Source: Trichoplax adhaerens
Taxonomy: Eukaryota; Animalia; Placozoa
NCBI RefSeq assembly: GCF_000150275.1
Contig: NW_002060968.1
Span: 167,797-231,796, forward strand
Direction: 5' to 3'
DNA length: 64,000 nt
The notes beneath the pieces are model-generated. The model made no database searches, was not told the DNA's origin, and was given only the letters and a program-made list of their open reading frames with translations. Made by a program: the position numbers and the translations under genes. Below are positions 22,991-38,300 of the stretch, piece by piece. Within the stretch, counting starts at the first letter, position 1; the number at the start of each line of letters is the position of its first letter.

Positions 22991-25900
22991 ATAGAATGAG
23001 CTTAATTCGTATTATTGTACATTCACCGTCCGCTATTAGGGCTATACAGAATAGAAACATTCATGGGAAAAATTCTAGCAGAAGGAATGATAGCAATCTC
23101 CTAGATCACTCGATAAACGATTTTCTATTTTGTTATGATATAAAATAATACAATGCATTAATAATACTAGACGTTTTTCAAACAGCTAGTCAAAGTTAAA
23201 CTTAAATATTGCTAGATTTTATTCTTGTTCATATTTATATCTTAATGTTAACACAAAAATGTTGAACTGTTATCTTATAATTACTTTTAGTCACAATTTT
23301 TTCTATCTTCCAAAGATTTTAAATAACTCTATTTTATCAGAACTGGGTACAAAGCAGGGACATCATCGTTATCATTTCGTTCGAAAATAAGTATAATTGC
23401 AGTTTAGGGCTTGGAATAGTCCAGACATGCATACATAGTTCCAGTATTTACCGGACTTGATTGAATGATGGAATAGAATGAAGATCTTTGCAATAGAACA
23501 AAATGTTGCTATTGCGATATAACATTAGATTTTCTAAATTAATAGAATGCATTCATTTATTTATCATAATATACGTAGTTATGAGTAGTACTAGTAGTTA
23601 ATCTTGCAATGGTCAATACACCATCCCTGATCAAGGAATAGAGCAAATATCACTAGGATTAGATCTTAACTGCTATACTATGACCTAAATTTATACCGAG
23701 CTATAACACTAGTATCTTGCTAGAAATATATGATGTTTACTTTTACGGGCGCTGGCATGAATATAGAGAGATCCGATAATTACCATTGGATTTTTAGTGT
23801 GATTTATAATTTTAACACAGTTATACTATAGAATGCAATAGGATAGAGTGGACAAATACAGTGGTATTGTATAGTCGTAAATCAATTCTACACAAGTGGA
23901 TTTGAACTACTTCATCTAAGTAATACAATATTAAAGAAGGCAGTGTCTTGATTTCAACGATTAGATTTTAGTAAAGTAGTATTATTTTTGGACAAGCTTA
24001 CATAAAGTTGACTTTAATTTTATCGTAGTAAACTTACTGCATAATCGCACACATAACAATATGTAATAGGTAAAATAGTCCGGCTTAAGCTTTAGTTACA
24101 GATCAGATAATGGTACTATTTAACAGTCCTAATATGTAATATATTCAATTTTGGACGCCATACCACACTAAAGGATAAAATTAGTTACATTATATTCGCA
24201 TTGTAATGTTGACTCTGACTTGTAGTCTAACAGAATCTACCGAAACTATATGTCAATACTTAAGATTTCTGATTTAGTGTAAGAAAGATAAAGTGGTTAG
24301 GTTATATTTCAGTTTTGCTACAGTCTATTCTGTTATTATGATAAGAATTTGGTATCTAATATTGTCATTTCTAGATTGATCATATACCCTTTCATGGCCG
24401 TTGACAGGACTATAAAATTTTTCTAATATGTTTTACCAATATTTTTCAATTTCAGTTCAATATCTAATATCGCCTAAAATGGACTATTCATTTACTGTAC
24501 TGTAGAGTGCAAGATATCATCTTTAGCTCCCATTTGAGTTTGATCGCGTCATATCGTGTTATCATTTTATTACATTTCAGTTATTAATACGCGTATGAAT
24601 ATTTCTAAATTTAGAGTTAACACGGATGCTCTTGTTACAATTTTGACCGAATCGGTTTGTGATAGCTAGTCTTACCGCGCTAGTGCGTAGTAATATAGTA
24701 CGTCTGCACTCATCATATTTAAAAACTTGTACAACTTACAGCTGTCTTTTGGTTTTTAGTAATCCCACTGATGCGATTCTAGTCAGTCAACTCATCAGGG
24801 TTGCATTTAGTAGTTACCAGTTACCGGCAATCATAAGTAATTATAATTGCTTGAGAAGTCTAAGCACCATCGTGTGCGCTATTTGATTTAGATACAGTAG
24901 TGAGATCCATCGTAATCTAGATTGCCTCAGTTAGACCCTAAAGTCAAATAATATTCAACGTCGTTTTGGATCATTACTTGGTCTCAAATAAAGAGTAAAC
25001 CTAGGACTAACTGATATCGGTCAGGTATTGATTATTTGCGTAGAAGTAGTCCAATTAGTACATTAGTCGGAGTACCTGGAGAATTTACCGCATCGGCGGA
25101 TGAAATAGTTCTCATACAATACGTTAAAAATACTGAACTGCAACAACCCTTTCAAAATCGCTAACGGAAGTATCGGAACTATAAATTTGACTGGCAGAAA
25201 CTAAAATAATTTTAATAAATATTTCCCTTTTCAATTTAATACCGATTATCATCTACATTTGACATCAATGCAAGACGTCTCTGATACGAGAACATTGTTG
25301 TAAATTGCTGAGATTGAATCCAATGCGCTGCAACTTTGGATTACAACTAAAGTTTGAAATAGTTTACGCTTGGTTTTATAATAATTTATAAAAATCTCTT
25401 CGAACAACAACTAATCATGTAACCGGAAAAGGATAATAGCAAGAATACACTATTAGTGATAGTCTTTTGTCTACATTACTGACGAAAAAGGAATATGATT
25501 AGCCTGATATGATCACACTTGATTGTTGATGCATCGGCTACAATTTAAACTAAAATATTCAATGCAATCTATTAATTATGGCCTATGTTGGCTAATTAAT
25601 CAAGATTGATTCTTGAAAGTATTCTAGGAAGTATTGGAGTTACAACGGATTCATTCGTTGACAAGGTTAAACTTGCCATTATTTCATCCTTGACGTCAGG
25701 GTAGCAAATATCCTACTGGATCTCTAGATATACCCTTTGAAAATATTCTTAATTTATCATTCTGTGCCTAAACTAAAGACAGATAGCCAAATCCTTATCA
25801 TTATGAATTCCATACATAGAGATTCGATGTCAGCTAGTAGTGGGTTGGCCTAATTATTATAATCTATACTTTGTTACATTTATTATTATTTTTCTATTTT

Positions 25901-28651
25901 TCTTCTCTATTTTCATCGCTCTCTTACTACTGTTGATTAGCAAATCTTAACAGGAATATGCAAGAATTGGAAAGTTTAATTATAAATATAGTAATAAAAG
26001 ATTTCAGATGGAGCACTTTGACATCAAGCATGTCCTTAATTTGCTGTCGACACGGTTATATTTGCTGCTTATAATTACGATAGAATCTATCCATAACCAT
26101 TTCTATGATCATTGCATATCATGCGCACTATCGAGAGTGTAGATTACTATTCATATATAGTATAGCTCGTATGGAATTATCGTCGTGATGATTATTTTTG
26201 AAACCGATGTGAAAGGCATACGTTCATATTTATTAATAATGTGCATACTAATAGCGATTTCTAAGAATTCAGCTGGACTATTTATAATGTTGAAGCAATT
26301 TGGAATGAATAAATTGAAGAAGCAAGTAAATTCTCGCGTAAACCCACTCAACATGTAGATTGAATGTTATATGTGCTTATCAAAATTGTTGCTATTCATT
26401 GAATTATTATTTAGTGACTATTCATTAATGTACAATGCATACACACTATCTTGAATCTTTACCAATTTAGAATGAACGGAAATTGAATTATTGTATCTTC
26501 TATAGACTTTGTTTATCCTACGTAGTATAGCAACAACTATAAAACGAAAAATTCCGAAGGAAATGATTATGTATTGCGCACAATAACTCTGTAGCCGATT
26601 TTTTTAGCTTCATTACGACAAAATAGGCAACAATACTGTTAATGCTATTCAATTTTCAAGTGGAAAGTTAGCATTAATCATATCCATTATATTCACTTTG
26701 ATAATTGATTAAAATTAAGATTATTCTGCTTAGTATTAGATTTGAAATTGGTCTTAAGGCTCTGTAGGCAATGTTGGCCTCGGTAATACTTTATGCTTGA
26801 AGTGGACACTATTAAAGCTGTATAATTTAACGTACTCGTGTAAGACATCCTTCAAAAACTAACGTGAGATAGGCAATTTCTCATCATTATAGATTGTATG
26901 TGTAGAGGAGATTCAATACCAACTGGTAGATATTTGGCTTGATTATTATATTCTCCATGATAGAAGAATGATCATCGTACTCTTATTATTATATTGTTTC
27001 TTTATATTTTCGTCATTAAACTTTCAACAGTAATATTCAAGAATTACATTAGATCAATTTTTACTATGGTAATACAACATTTTAGAAGAAATGCGTCACA
27101 ACCATAATGTCATTCCATATTCTGCAGTAATACAATTATCATTCAGGATGGATAATATGTGCATACTGTTTGCCGCGGGGAAACTATCAGATAATTATTT
27201 CCATGATAATGATACAATAAGCGCTAACTAGAGTATACATTACTTCCATTTAATAAATTAATTGAGTAAATTTTCTAGCGTGAGATTATTAATCTTATCT
27301 TTTGACATTGCAAGCATGGACAAATTTTCATGCATTTTGTTACTGGCAACGTGCATGCTACCAGCCGTTTGCAAGAGTTCAACGTAATTTACGAAAATGG
27401 CGCAGCAGGTCGGAAGGGATGAATTAGAATATCATAGAAATTTTTCATACTCTATTTATGCTTTCCATTACCTATATTTATTGGATAGTTATTTAGTAAT
27501 TTTGCATGACTCTCCAGTGCAGCTACACAATCTGGAGTATCATGGAAGCAACGGCAAACTGCATACACAACTTTTCTCGTATCTGCTACTCGTCCGACTA
27601 CTCCGTGACTGATAGGAATCGTTTTACTAGGATAGTACATACGATAACCTACTATACTTGTACCATCCAGGTGTTATTCAAATCAATTCAAGTACACGAA
27701 GTTAATTTGAGTGAATAGACTTTGGTTGATCTTTATTTACCCTACTGCTGCCCTATAAATCGATTTGAAATACTTCTTGAAGAAACGATATCATTCTGTT
27801 GATTACATGATGGATGATAATTATTCAGTTTAGTGAGTTTCTGATGATAGTAGACTATGCGATAGAATATCGTTAATGCCAGGCAATCTTTAATGAAGAA
27901 GTTTACAATAAGAGTAATGATAGCTTAAAATTGATTCCTTATCCGATTCTACAGTCATAGACATTGGCCTGAGTCAGTTCTATCATGGAACAAATAATTA
28001 CAGTGATATATCCGGTCTGTATTTTTTTCTTTTAGCCATGACATCAGTTTTCGACAGTACTCTACACTGTACAGTAATAGTTCTAAATCACTTGACGGAC
28101 GAGTTTAGGCGAGTTAGCGGTTTCCTATCGTATCGTGCTGTACTCAATTGTCGTTCTTACTCTTTAACTTTTAAACAGAAAGTTAAAGCTAATAGTCATG
28201 ATTTCTTGGTTGTAGTTTATTATGCATGTTGATTTCCCTATATTAACCTATCATTAAAGCTAATAGTAATGATGTCGCAACCAAGATTGCAACACCCAAA
28301 TTGACGGGATTCTTTCCTCTACAGTTGTCTTAACGATCTCAGCAACTGACTGTAAACACTCTTTAATCTACCAAAGCCACATTGGAGTCTTAGACGATAG
28401 AATACTCACGCTAAGAATCCAAACTTTATTGTAAAAGCGATAGATTAAAATGATCGATTGAAGTCACAACAGACTATCTACTGCTCATCACTAAGAACCA
28501 TCTGTTATCCACTAACTGATCCACTCGCACCATTTAGAACTTGGAGGCTTTTATATAATCTCACCACCTTCGTTGGTGTAAAAGAAGAATAAATTGATAG
28601 CCAAGTCTACATGCTGAATCTAGCAAGTCTAGTCTCCCAGCCTCTCTATTT

Positions 28652-28716
28652 TTCTCTCTCTCTCTAATTCCGGGATTCTAAAGTAAAAGAGAGAGAGAGA
28701 GAGACAGAGAGAGATA
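28652..28716. repeat. (CT)n...(GA)n microsatellite inverted pair
   Basis: tttctctctctctct, then a ~20-nt spacer, then agagagagagagagacagagagaga. Confidence 0.8.
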
Positions 28717-29196
28717 GATGGTAGAAAAAGGGTTAGGGCTCGACTTTAACCTTAGTCGTCCATGACAACGAGAAGGACTGCGGAGGGACAGAAACGGACT
28801 TTTCATTGACGAAATCAATATTGCCGACCATCGTAGATTGTTGGTCAATGTCCCACTCTCTTCAGTCATCTCTGATACAGTATACTAATGGCCCAAATCG
28901 GACTGCTAAGCTACAGACGTACAGACGTTTAGACCATCCTACAGTATATATATGACATACAGTACAGTACGATACACTGTTGGGTACAGTACAGTACACT
29001 ATTACTATTTAGAGTTCATACTAACAACAGTATTACCTACTACAGTACTGTACTGTAACTGCTAGAGCTAGTAGACTGTCTCATGCCAATGATCGTGGCG
29101 GTAATATTCCATACCAATACTGTGGATCAAGTGGTATAGCCAAGGCGATTGAGCTCAGCACTTGGATAGCAGCGTGGAGTGGACGCCATCTTGAAG

Positions 29197-31326
29197 ATGC
29201 TGGCGTTGAAATGGAGAGTTTGCAACCCTTTAGGTTGGCTGGTGAAATAGTTCAATGGCGATGCAGATGCTTATTGTTGTTGTTATAGGATAGCTGTATT
29301 TTATCAGGTGTAGAAATTGTCTTACTGTGTGTTTTGCTCACTACTAGGTCTGGTTCGGTTAGGTTGGCACCACCTTGCCAACAACCAAAATGGCTTGCCA
29401 ACCACTGCCATCCCGGCGACTTGCAGCTCAATAGAGAGAATCAACAATCGCCATCTCCATACTACATCATCTTGTTGTGGTAAACATTATTTAAAAAAGC
29501 CTATCGAAAGTTATCATGAATCACTGGTCAAATATAAAGTTCAATTTGTACCAACCATTGACAATCGGTTATTGCAAGCCAAATTAGCTGGAGCATTACA
29601 ACATGATTACCTGATCAAACATAAGGCACCACCCAAAGTTGTAAGTAGGATAACTGACATCTTGTTATGGCTTCTTTTCTACCTTGATAGCCATCAACCG
29701 TCAATAAGTCCATTCTCTATATGATGTAGTGGTCGTATTGCAAGTTGTAAACTACTAATATACAAATGGTCAAGAAGGATTCGTTTTAGCAAAGTCAATT
29801 TCCAACATTGACCATCAATGCCATTGCAGCACAATACCTTCGTCATATTCTAGTTGCTTATCAACAACGATCAACTCATTTTTCTATTAAAACACTTTAC
29901 ATGATCCAATTGACTGTTTTAAACCATGACGTATGGACGTCAGACGATTACGAATTGGAGGAAATAAACGATAATGTACCTCGATCTAATTTAGATTCAA
30001 ATATTCCAGTACAGCACATTGCATGTCTATCAAAAATGGAATTAGACCTTAAACCTACGGGAAAGTCAGTAGAGTAGGTACAGTAGTTTAGTTCGAGATG
30101 AAACAAGGAAGTTTCAGGAAATGAGGTTGTAGTACCTTCATTTTAGCGTTACGATGCTTCATCGGACGCATTCTAGTTAGTAATCATGCTGTCGCTAGCT
30201 TTAAAAATACAATTGTTGCCCATAACAGCAGTACTACTACACCCATAAAGTCATCATGGGCTCTCTATTTTCTTGCTCGCACATCTGGATTGTAGTACTA
30301 TATACTGTAATCGTAAATATCCAATTAAAATTGACCACCCGTATCAATAATCAAAACCTATTCTATTCACTATAACCAATGAAATATATTCTTTTACAGG
30401 TGATACATGCCAGTAAACACAATATTAGAGGTAGTCCTAGGAAATTGAACTTATTAGCTAGATTGGTAAGTTGTCCAGCTATTTTTAGCCTTTAGACTAC
30501 ACAATGATAGTGCTGCATTTGCAGCCAATTTAACGAAAAAATCAACGATTTCGGTAATCGATTCTATTGCATACATACTTAATTATTACAGATACGGCGA
30601 ATGCGCGTTGACGATGCAATTGCTCAAATGCAATTTTCACCTAAAAGATTAGCCAAACCAATTTTACGGGTAAGCCATCATATAGAACTACTTGCTGATG
30701 CATATGTTAAGGACATGCGTGATAATTACGCGCGTACAATTACTTCATATGCCAAATCAAAAATAAAATAGCTTGCCCTCCCTAGCATTTTAAACTTTCA
30801 TCACCACTAATTTCGATAGGTTATATTGCAAGCTAAAGAAGAAGCTGCTAAAGAACACAACCTCACTGATCCCAATCAACTATTTGTAGGTAAGGAGCAG
30901 CAAGTTGATCGATTTTATTCCATTTTAATACCGCATTTATAACATAGATGGTCGTTTCTAAATATTAAGCGACAGATTAAACTAATTTCTTTTATCATAT
31001 TCTTCAGTTAAGAATAGCGTTGTACTTGTAGAGTAGAAACTGCCATTGTCTGTCCCTAGTAAATACATTCGATAAAATCGATAACCACTCTCTTCATGAT
31101 TTTTATAGAAGAATCAACCGTTGGCCGAGGCCTAATTTTAAAAGGCGTCCGATATCATGGGAAAGGTAGAGCGGGCGTCCAGCGGACATACTATTGTCAT
31201 TACTTTTTGAAATTAAAAGAAGGCCAACCCCCTAAAGATCCTACAATACCAATAGAACATCGCAGAGGTCATACAAAATGGATGGTAACGAATATGCCTC
31301 CTCCGAAAATTGTCAGCGGACTTTGA
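29197..31326 (+). CDS. MRPL22: Mitochondrial ribosomal protein uL22m
   Basis: Exons 29197-29233, 29348-29640, 30400-30465, 30592-30669, 30820-30889 and 31109-31326 are phase-consistent with GT-AG introns. They encode uL22 motifs [35 protein letters not shown]...LFVEESTVGRGLILKGVRYHGKGRAGVQRTYYCHYFLKLKEG, preceded by a transit-peptide-like N-terminus (RHLHTTSSCC). Confidence 0.92.
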
Positions 31327-32362
31327 CTTGTTACTAGTCCATAACCAAAGATACCCAAACGTCATCCTTGTTATCGCCGCTGCTAAACAATCATAACTAA
31401 TCACTAATTTCAGAAACATTTTTATTTTATAAAATGCTATATTTAAATCGTGACAAATAAACCTGAAATTTTCAAAATTTTTCATACTAGACTAGGAATA
31501 CATTATGCAAAAATTTGCTCTTTTAGAATATCCAAAGTTATCGGCACCTTCGTAACATGTAAAATTTTAAAATGGATCTAATATAAATATATATACAAGC
31601 CGTGTTATTTACATACTTGTAGCAAGTGTAAAGGTATAAAAACTTATGCCTGGCCAACATATCCACAGTAGTATATTACAAATAATAAAGGTCCATGTAC
31701 ATTACAATATCTGTTACATTTCATTTATAAATACTGTGTCATTAAACGTATTAATTAAATAGGCGTATGTAAATGAGATACCAGTAATACAGGTGCATAA
31801 AAACTAAATTTAACATTTTCAAAATAAGAAAATGATTTACCATTAGTACCAGTATAGAGAACTAAAACATAAAAGGAATAAATTCGTAAGTCGGAAAATC
31901 AAACTATTAGCTATAACAACCTTTGGTTGCAGGATAATTTGCGTCACAAAAAAGACTATTTGACAATTTTTCGTTTATGAGTACAACTTTAAACATAAAT
32001 TTCTCAATATTACATTTACTATTTTAGTGCAGATCTGAATCCCCGATAAATCCCTATTTACTAATGATAATAGAGCACAAACGCTTCCTTACATCTACTA
32101 ACATAATCCTTAATATCATAGAAATATGCTCTCTTAAATGTAACTGAAATCTAATTACACTAGTTACATTGGCATGATCAAAATAAGCCATTCATTACGT
32201 AAGGTAGATTACAAATCTATTAAGCAAGAAATTTCAATTTCCATTTTTATCTCAGCCTATCTACGGATCTAATCCACCGATTCTAAATGAAACAGTTCTG
32301 CTATTGCTAAAAATTATTTTCGAACTCAATCTCCGGATAAAACAAATCCTAAGTTAGTAAGC

Positions 32363-35300
32363 TCATTTGCTTTGGCTATTCTTCTTATTATTATCTTTAA
32401 TAATTTCATAGAGAACGAGTGCAACAAATACATCCATTGGATCCAGTAAACCACGTTGCAAGTATTTCGGTATTGTGCTATGGGCATTTTCAAATCCTAA
32501 CTTATTTAAAACCCAATCGATGCCGACAGGGTCAGTTCTTTCTCCTGCCCATGACAGAAATTGAATCTTCGGGTCTAGATACCAGTGACTGCAAGTAAAT
32601 CGACGCATTTGCAGCATTTTTAATGTGTTCTCTGCTCGCTCAAATTTTCTCTCAAAATTTCGATGGGAAACAAATCGCGGCTTATCAGCTTCTAATTGCA
32701 TATACATATTACAGCAATCAGTGAAACATGAAATACAGCGCTACAATAAAAATGCAATAAATTGTACTGCATAAATTAGCGTTGAATTTGTATACCTTGA
32801 TCATCTTCTCCCTTGATATAATTATTAATCATTTGATGCAGAAAGATAAAATGATTAACGTCTTGTGAAAGCCAAATACTATTCTCAAACGTGATATTAC
32901 ATGAGGTATCAATCGTCATTTCTCGGTCATTTTCTAAACAAAAAAATTAATACGATGAAGTTACATATCCATTATAATTAATCATCAAATACTCTTTGTA
33001 CTAGTATCAAATAAAATCGCTAATATAATAAAATCATCTTGCATACCCCCATCCAGATCTCGCAATGTCAGTGCTGGAATGGTATGATTTGTTTCTAATG
33101 TAAGTTTAGTTTCCGGAAACGAAAAGACAGTTTCTACATCCAATTCATAGCGTTCATCTGGCATTAGATATATCCCTCGTAATCTTGATGGTCGCATTTT
33201 ACTACTCATAGTCCCAAATTTTCGCTCTCCAAATCCGCCCATTTGAGGACTGTAGTGCCTTCTCGTAGCACTATCAGCAATTGGTGTTACACAGGCGTAT
33301 ACTAACCAATCTTGTACATTCCCGTGATTCGGTGGACGTTGCTTAAATCGAGTGATGCGACAAACTTTGGCCGTCTGTGATACGCCAGCCAAAGAAGGCA
33401 GAAAAGGTAGGCGATGCATTTTACTATCATCACGTGTAACCTTACTGTTGCCTATATTTACATCTAAACTATGCTTTACACGAGCAATTACTTCTTTATC
33501 ACGTGAAAAGGAAATTGAAGTTACAAAACTTGCTGCAGGTCGTTGCAAATAGAAAAGACTCCACACTTTCTCCGTAAAATTAAGGCCATCAAAGCATGCT
33601 AAAGATATTAAACTTCCATATAAGGAAAAATTTCCTTCAAGATTAACTTTAGCAAGATCCAAGGGAGGAAGGCCAGATTTAAATATAATCTTATTTAACA
33701 CTCTCAACGGTCGAATCCAGTGATGAACAGAGTTTTCCAATGATTGTTCACGATTGCTTGAATATATCGAACTACCGCGCATACGTGATTGACGTCGTCC
33801 TCCTAATGCTCGCTTGCTACTCCGTTGCTGTTTTCTAAAGCATTCTTCAAGTTTAAAGATAATCTTAATGAGATTTGTTGGGCTCGATTGCGAGATCGCT
33901 GCATATAATTCACACCATTGCACATTGCCATGAAGGGTAATTGATGGGGATTCACTGAATTTAATACCCATAGAGCCGATTGAACTAAGTTCTGGATCTT
34001 GCGTGGTAACGATGTTCCATTTATCATATAGGCTAGCCTTAAGATTAGTTAAGTGCGCCATAATGGTAGGAGTACTCATATAATCTAATCTCGCATCTAA
34101 TAATAGCAAACTTAGGGAAATCGCATTTTGCGGCTGCCAATCATAATTGTCACGAAATTGCCCTATTCGTTAAAAAGTTGAATATCGATCATTATACTGT
34201 GCATACAATGAATCTAATTTGAAAATTTGAAATTATCGCTACGTAATTGGGAATAGTAAATTTTTTGTTTAAACCCTTACCAGACACCGAGAATTCCTGT
34301 AATTCTATCAAACCGCCAACGGTACCACTTCGAGAATCTATAGAGCTCCTACCGATTGCGATCTGTGCGTCCAGATTATTGTAACCAGAGTGTCCAACAT
34401 ACAGACACGTGCGACATTTAACTTCATTTGTACTCCAACTAAACACAAATTGGAAAATTTCAGTGTAATACTTAATATAATATCTTGCCGGTTAACTTAC
34501 TTTGTAGGTCCCATAATGCTGCCCATATTTGCGGTTACGACCAACTGCTGTAAATTACAAGCTAATACAAACATTGAGTCATAATCGGTTATACTTTCTG
34601 ATTTCTGCCTTTCAATAGCTGGAACTGTTAACTTAAATTCATTACTATGTTGCCTTTCGAACATTGCTTCCTTGCCATCTTGAAAGAAGCAAAGCACAAC
34701 AATAATCAAACTGCGTTGAATCACCCATTAAATTATCGACAAAATACTAACCAGCCCAATTACTCTGAGGAGTTTCACTGGATCGTGTCTGCGTGTTGCT
34801 GCTGTCACCGACATTACCCAAAAACAGTCGTCTGGCAATAGAATTTCGATACCAAGCTTTGGGAACATCAAGAATTTCAGATAATCCTCTCATATCGTAG
34901 TTGAATTCAGCGCTTTTAATATCGAATAATCCTTGAATACAAAAGAGAAATTATGATGCATATAATAGTTAGTACTTTATTACATACAAAAAAACTGCAA
35001 TAATAATTAATTACCTGCGGTGTGATATTTAACACGAAATTTGTTAGCAGATGGATCCGAAGCTCGACCAAGGTCAGTAATATCAAATTTATTACTGGAC
35101 CGTTCGTTTTGAGATATTATAATCCGCTTTCTGGTAATGCTAACTTTTGCCGATTCCACATGCAAACTTAGAGAATCTCTGCCATCAGTATTGCTACGCG
35201 ACGATGCAAAACTATTATTCCTAGCACGTCCTCCTGGTTGATGCTGACGACCATATGGATGAAATATAGAAAATGAAAAGCGTTCAAGATATCCCGTAAA

Positions 35301-38300
35301 AGATACTGTTGAGCAAGTTCCATGAGGAATATTTTCGGACAGCGATGCTACAATAATAGACATTTAATCGTAATTCATAAAATTTATTTGTAACACTTGG
35401 CACCCTAATATAGGCGATTATTACTAAAAATACTCTTAATTTCTAACCTGATGAATTTCCAGATGATACAGCGCAGCTTTCCAAGCCAATATAAGGAGCC
35501 ATGCTGACTTTCTTCTCTGAATGACTGGTAAACATCAAATCTAACGATGGCAGTTGTAATAAGCACTCTACTCTCGACACAGGCATGCAACTTAAACGAA
35601 TATCGAGGGGTTCGACGCGAACATATACAAATGCATTAACCGGAAAAGAGGTTATATTAGATAAACTCGTTCTGTTTGCTGTCAGGACAGAATTTTCATC
35701 TTCTTCACTCGAAATACTTTCACGTGAGTGTATATCTTGATTGTAAAACATATCAACTGAACTACGCCGAGATAATATTTCTTCAGCTGGAGTTAAATCT
35801 CCAAGTGCTCCTTCAAGAAAGTCAACCAAACTAGGTGTTAAGATGATTTCATCAGCTAAAGAATGAAGGTAGAGCCATAAATGTAAAGTAGCAACAGTTT
35901 TCAACTTTGCAGCTGAAGTTCCAAAAGACTCAGAGCCAGTATCCGCGGATAAACTACTTGGCTAAAAATATGAATTTAGTTTATTTCATATTATTTCGAG
36001 AGAATTGGTATATTATTTAGGTAGTAGTCATGGGGAAAAATAAGTTAAATCAATTACCAGCCGATAACGATTGTATAACTATTGTCATTTCGTAGCATTC
36101 TCGTATTACCTGATACTGCTTATTAGATTCATCTTCATCCTTTTGATTAAGCGTAGTATAGCGTAATTTTATATCGATGTCTGGCATCATTAATATTGTG
36201 CTTTCAAGTTGAGCGGACGAAACAGATCCAATAGCCTTCCTAGACCTCCATTTACTCGACTTTAGATGATCTCTTGTATGCGATCTTTTACGTATCATTC
36301 TAGTAATGACATTAAAGTTTTAAAGTTAAGCGTACTTTTTCATTAAATGAAATTCGTAAATTATTGATCTAATTTTTCCGTACTCATCTGCTTGTTTCAT
36401 AGACTGACTATATAGGGTACATTTTCCTGTATCGGTCTGAAGTACAACATCGAGTTCAAAGTCAAATTTCATATCAGTGGATGATTTGGATTGAGTAAAA
36501 GATCCGGCTACGGATGGAGCTTGGTCGCCTTCGTCATAGCTTAAGTAACATGCCTAAATAATTAAATGAAGGCTGTATGTTAATAACTTCTTACTAAATT
36601 AAGTATGAACACTTGCTGGATATTAGTATTGCTACCGGATCTTCCTTTATTGATACTTTTTTCTTCTTATTTTGAGAATCTGTAGTATCCGGCTGTATTT
36701 CAATAACAGTATCGTTGCCAGATGCTCCAGTTACTACATGACCCGTAAAGTCTTCGTTGCGATTCGTTTCCAACATTTGAGATAACGGTTTACCACTTTC
36801 ACGTTCAATGTCACCATCATAGCCAGACGCTAGCAAACTCATATGTTTAGTTCGCCGGTAGTTAAATATTTTTTTGCCAACTAAATTATTGCATTGTATA
36901 TACAAGATTAGGTCACGAAACTCTGAAATAGAAGTTCAAAGATACTGTGGAATTATCATATCTGTATTACCTGAAAGCCTTCTTCGGTGCTTCTGTATCT
37001 TGGCCGTATCACCTCCTGTTTGACGTTCGAGAGTTGACATTCGATTTCTTCTTTTTTTTTCAAAATCTTTACTTAAATGTGAATGCCGAAAATCTTCGTC
37101 AATTATAGATTGATTAGCTTCAGTATCCCTAAATAGGAGATAATATTATAGTAAGATTAATTCATTATGCTTGCTCAGCTGCGAACATAATAAGCAATTT
37201 ACCATATAGTATGTCTCGGTCAACAGTAATTATTGTTTAAATTGTCAATACAAATAGAAACCTCAATTTATTGATCTTCGAAATTTCTGATCGTTTTTTG
37301 TGATCGCCATAACTTTGCTTAATTTTGATTCTATCCGGAAACTTTTCTGCGTCAGCGATTCTATAGTCAAAATTCTCTTCACTGCTAGTGGAATTATTAA
37401 TATTTCTTTGTCGTCTACTATAAGGTACCAAATGCGAAAGTACATTAGTAACAAGATTTCTAACTTATATCAGCTTAGGAGATGCCTTCTATAAGGTGAA
37501 ACACTTGAAATTATCGTCATATAAAATATATTATGCGTACCGCTCATGTGATATACCCATAATATATTTATCCATAACATCATAGTCTTCGTATCGGTCA
37601 TCAAACGTTTCGAATGAGTCTACAAATTCATCGCTCTCATCAGTGATTGAACCAATGTCTGAAGTTTCATCTGCTTCGTTCATTAATGTTAAAGCATCTC
37701 CAAGAAGTGATAAGTAGCGGCCAATATCTTGGTCAAAGCTCATGTTGATACCAAAGATCCTCCAACAAAATACAACAGACCATTTACCAGCACTTTGATG
37801 AGATTCCCCTTAATAATAATTTTTGCAATCAGATACGACTCTTTCGGTTCCAATGTAAAAAGAACGTAATTTTACCTGATTTATATCGTTCCGACTTTGA
37901 ACAGCACTCATAAGTTCCATCAGGAACAATACCTAGAAGAATGTAATGAAAATCGGAAAATCAGCTTGGTAATACTGCAAGATATATTTACTTACTATTA
38001 ACGTACATGAATTCATAATACAATCTTGATTCAGATTAGGAGCCCAAAATTTGGAATCTGTTCCCATACTATCAGTAAAGCGAATGCATAATGCTTTAAA
38101 ATGCCCTCGAACAGCCAAAGATGTACTATTACATGCTGTAATCAGCATGCTATCAACAGTACATAATAACGCGGGATTGGATTCTACGTAATAGAATAAG
38201 TAATCAAGCTAGATAAGTATTTGCCACTATTTTGTAAAAAGTAAACCATCTATTTTTGCTGGTATTACCGTAATCGCGACTTCGCAAAAATGGGTCAGCA

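Noticed and set aside
25600-25770. Possible relic of a further trefoil exon 2 (KGISRDPVGYLL)
   Set aside because: The similarity is too short and the frames are broken; not distinguishable from chance.
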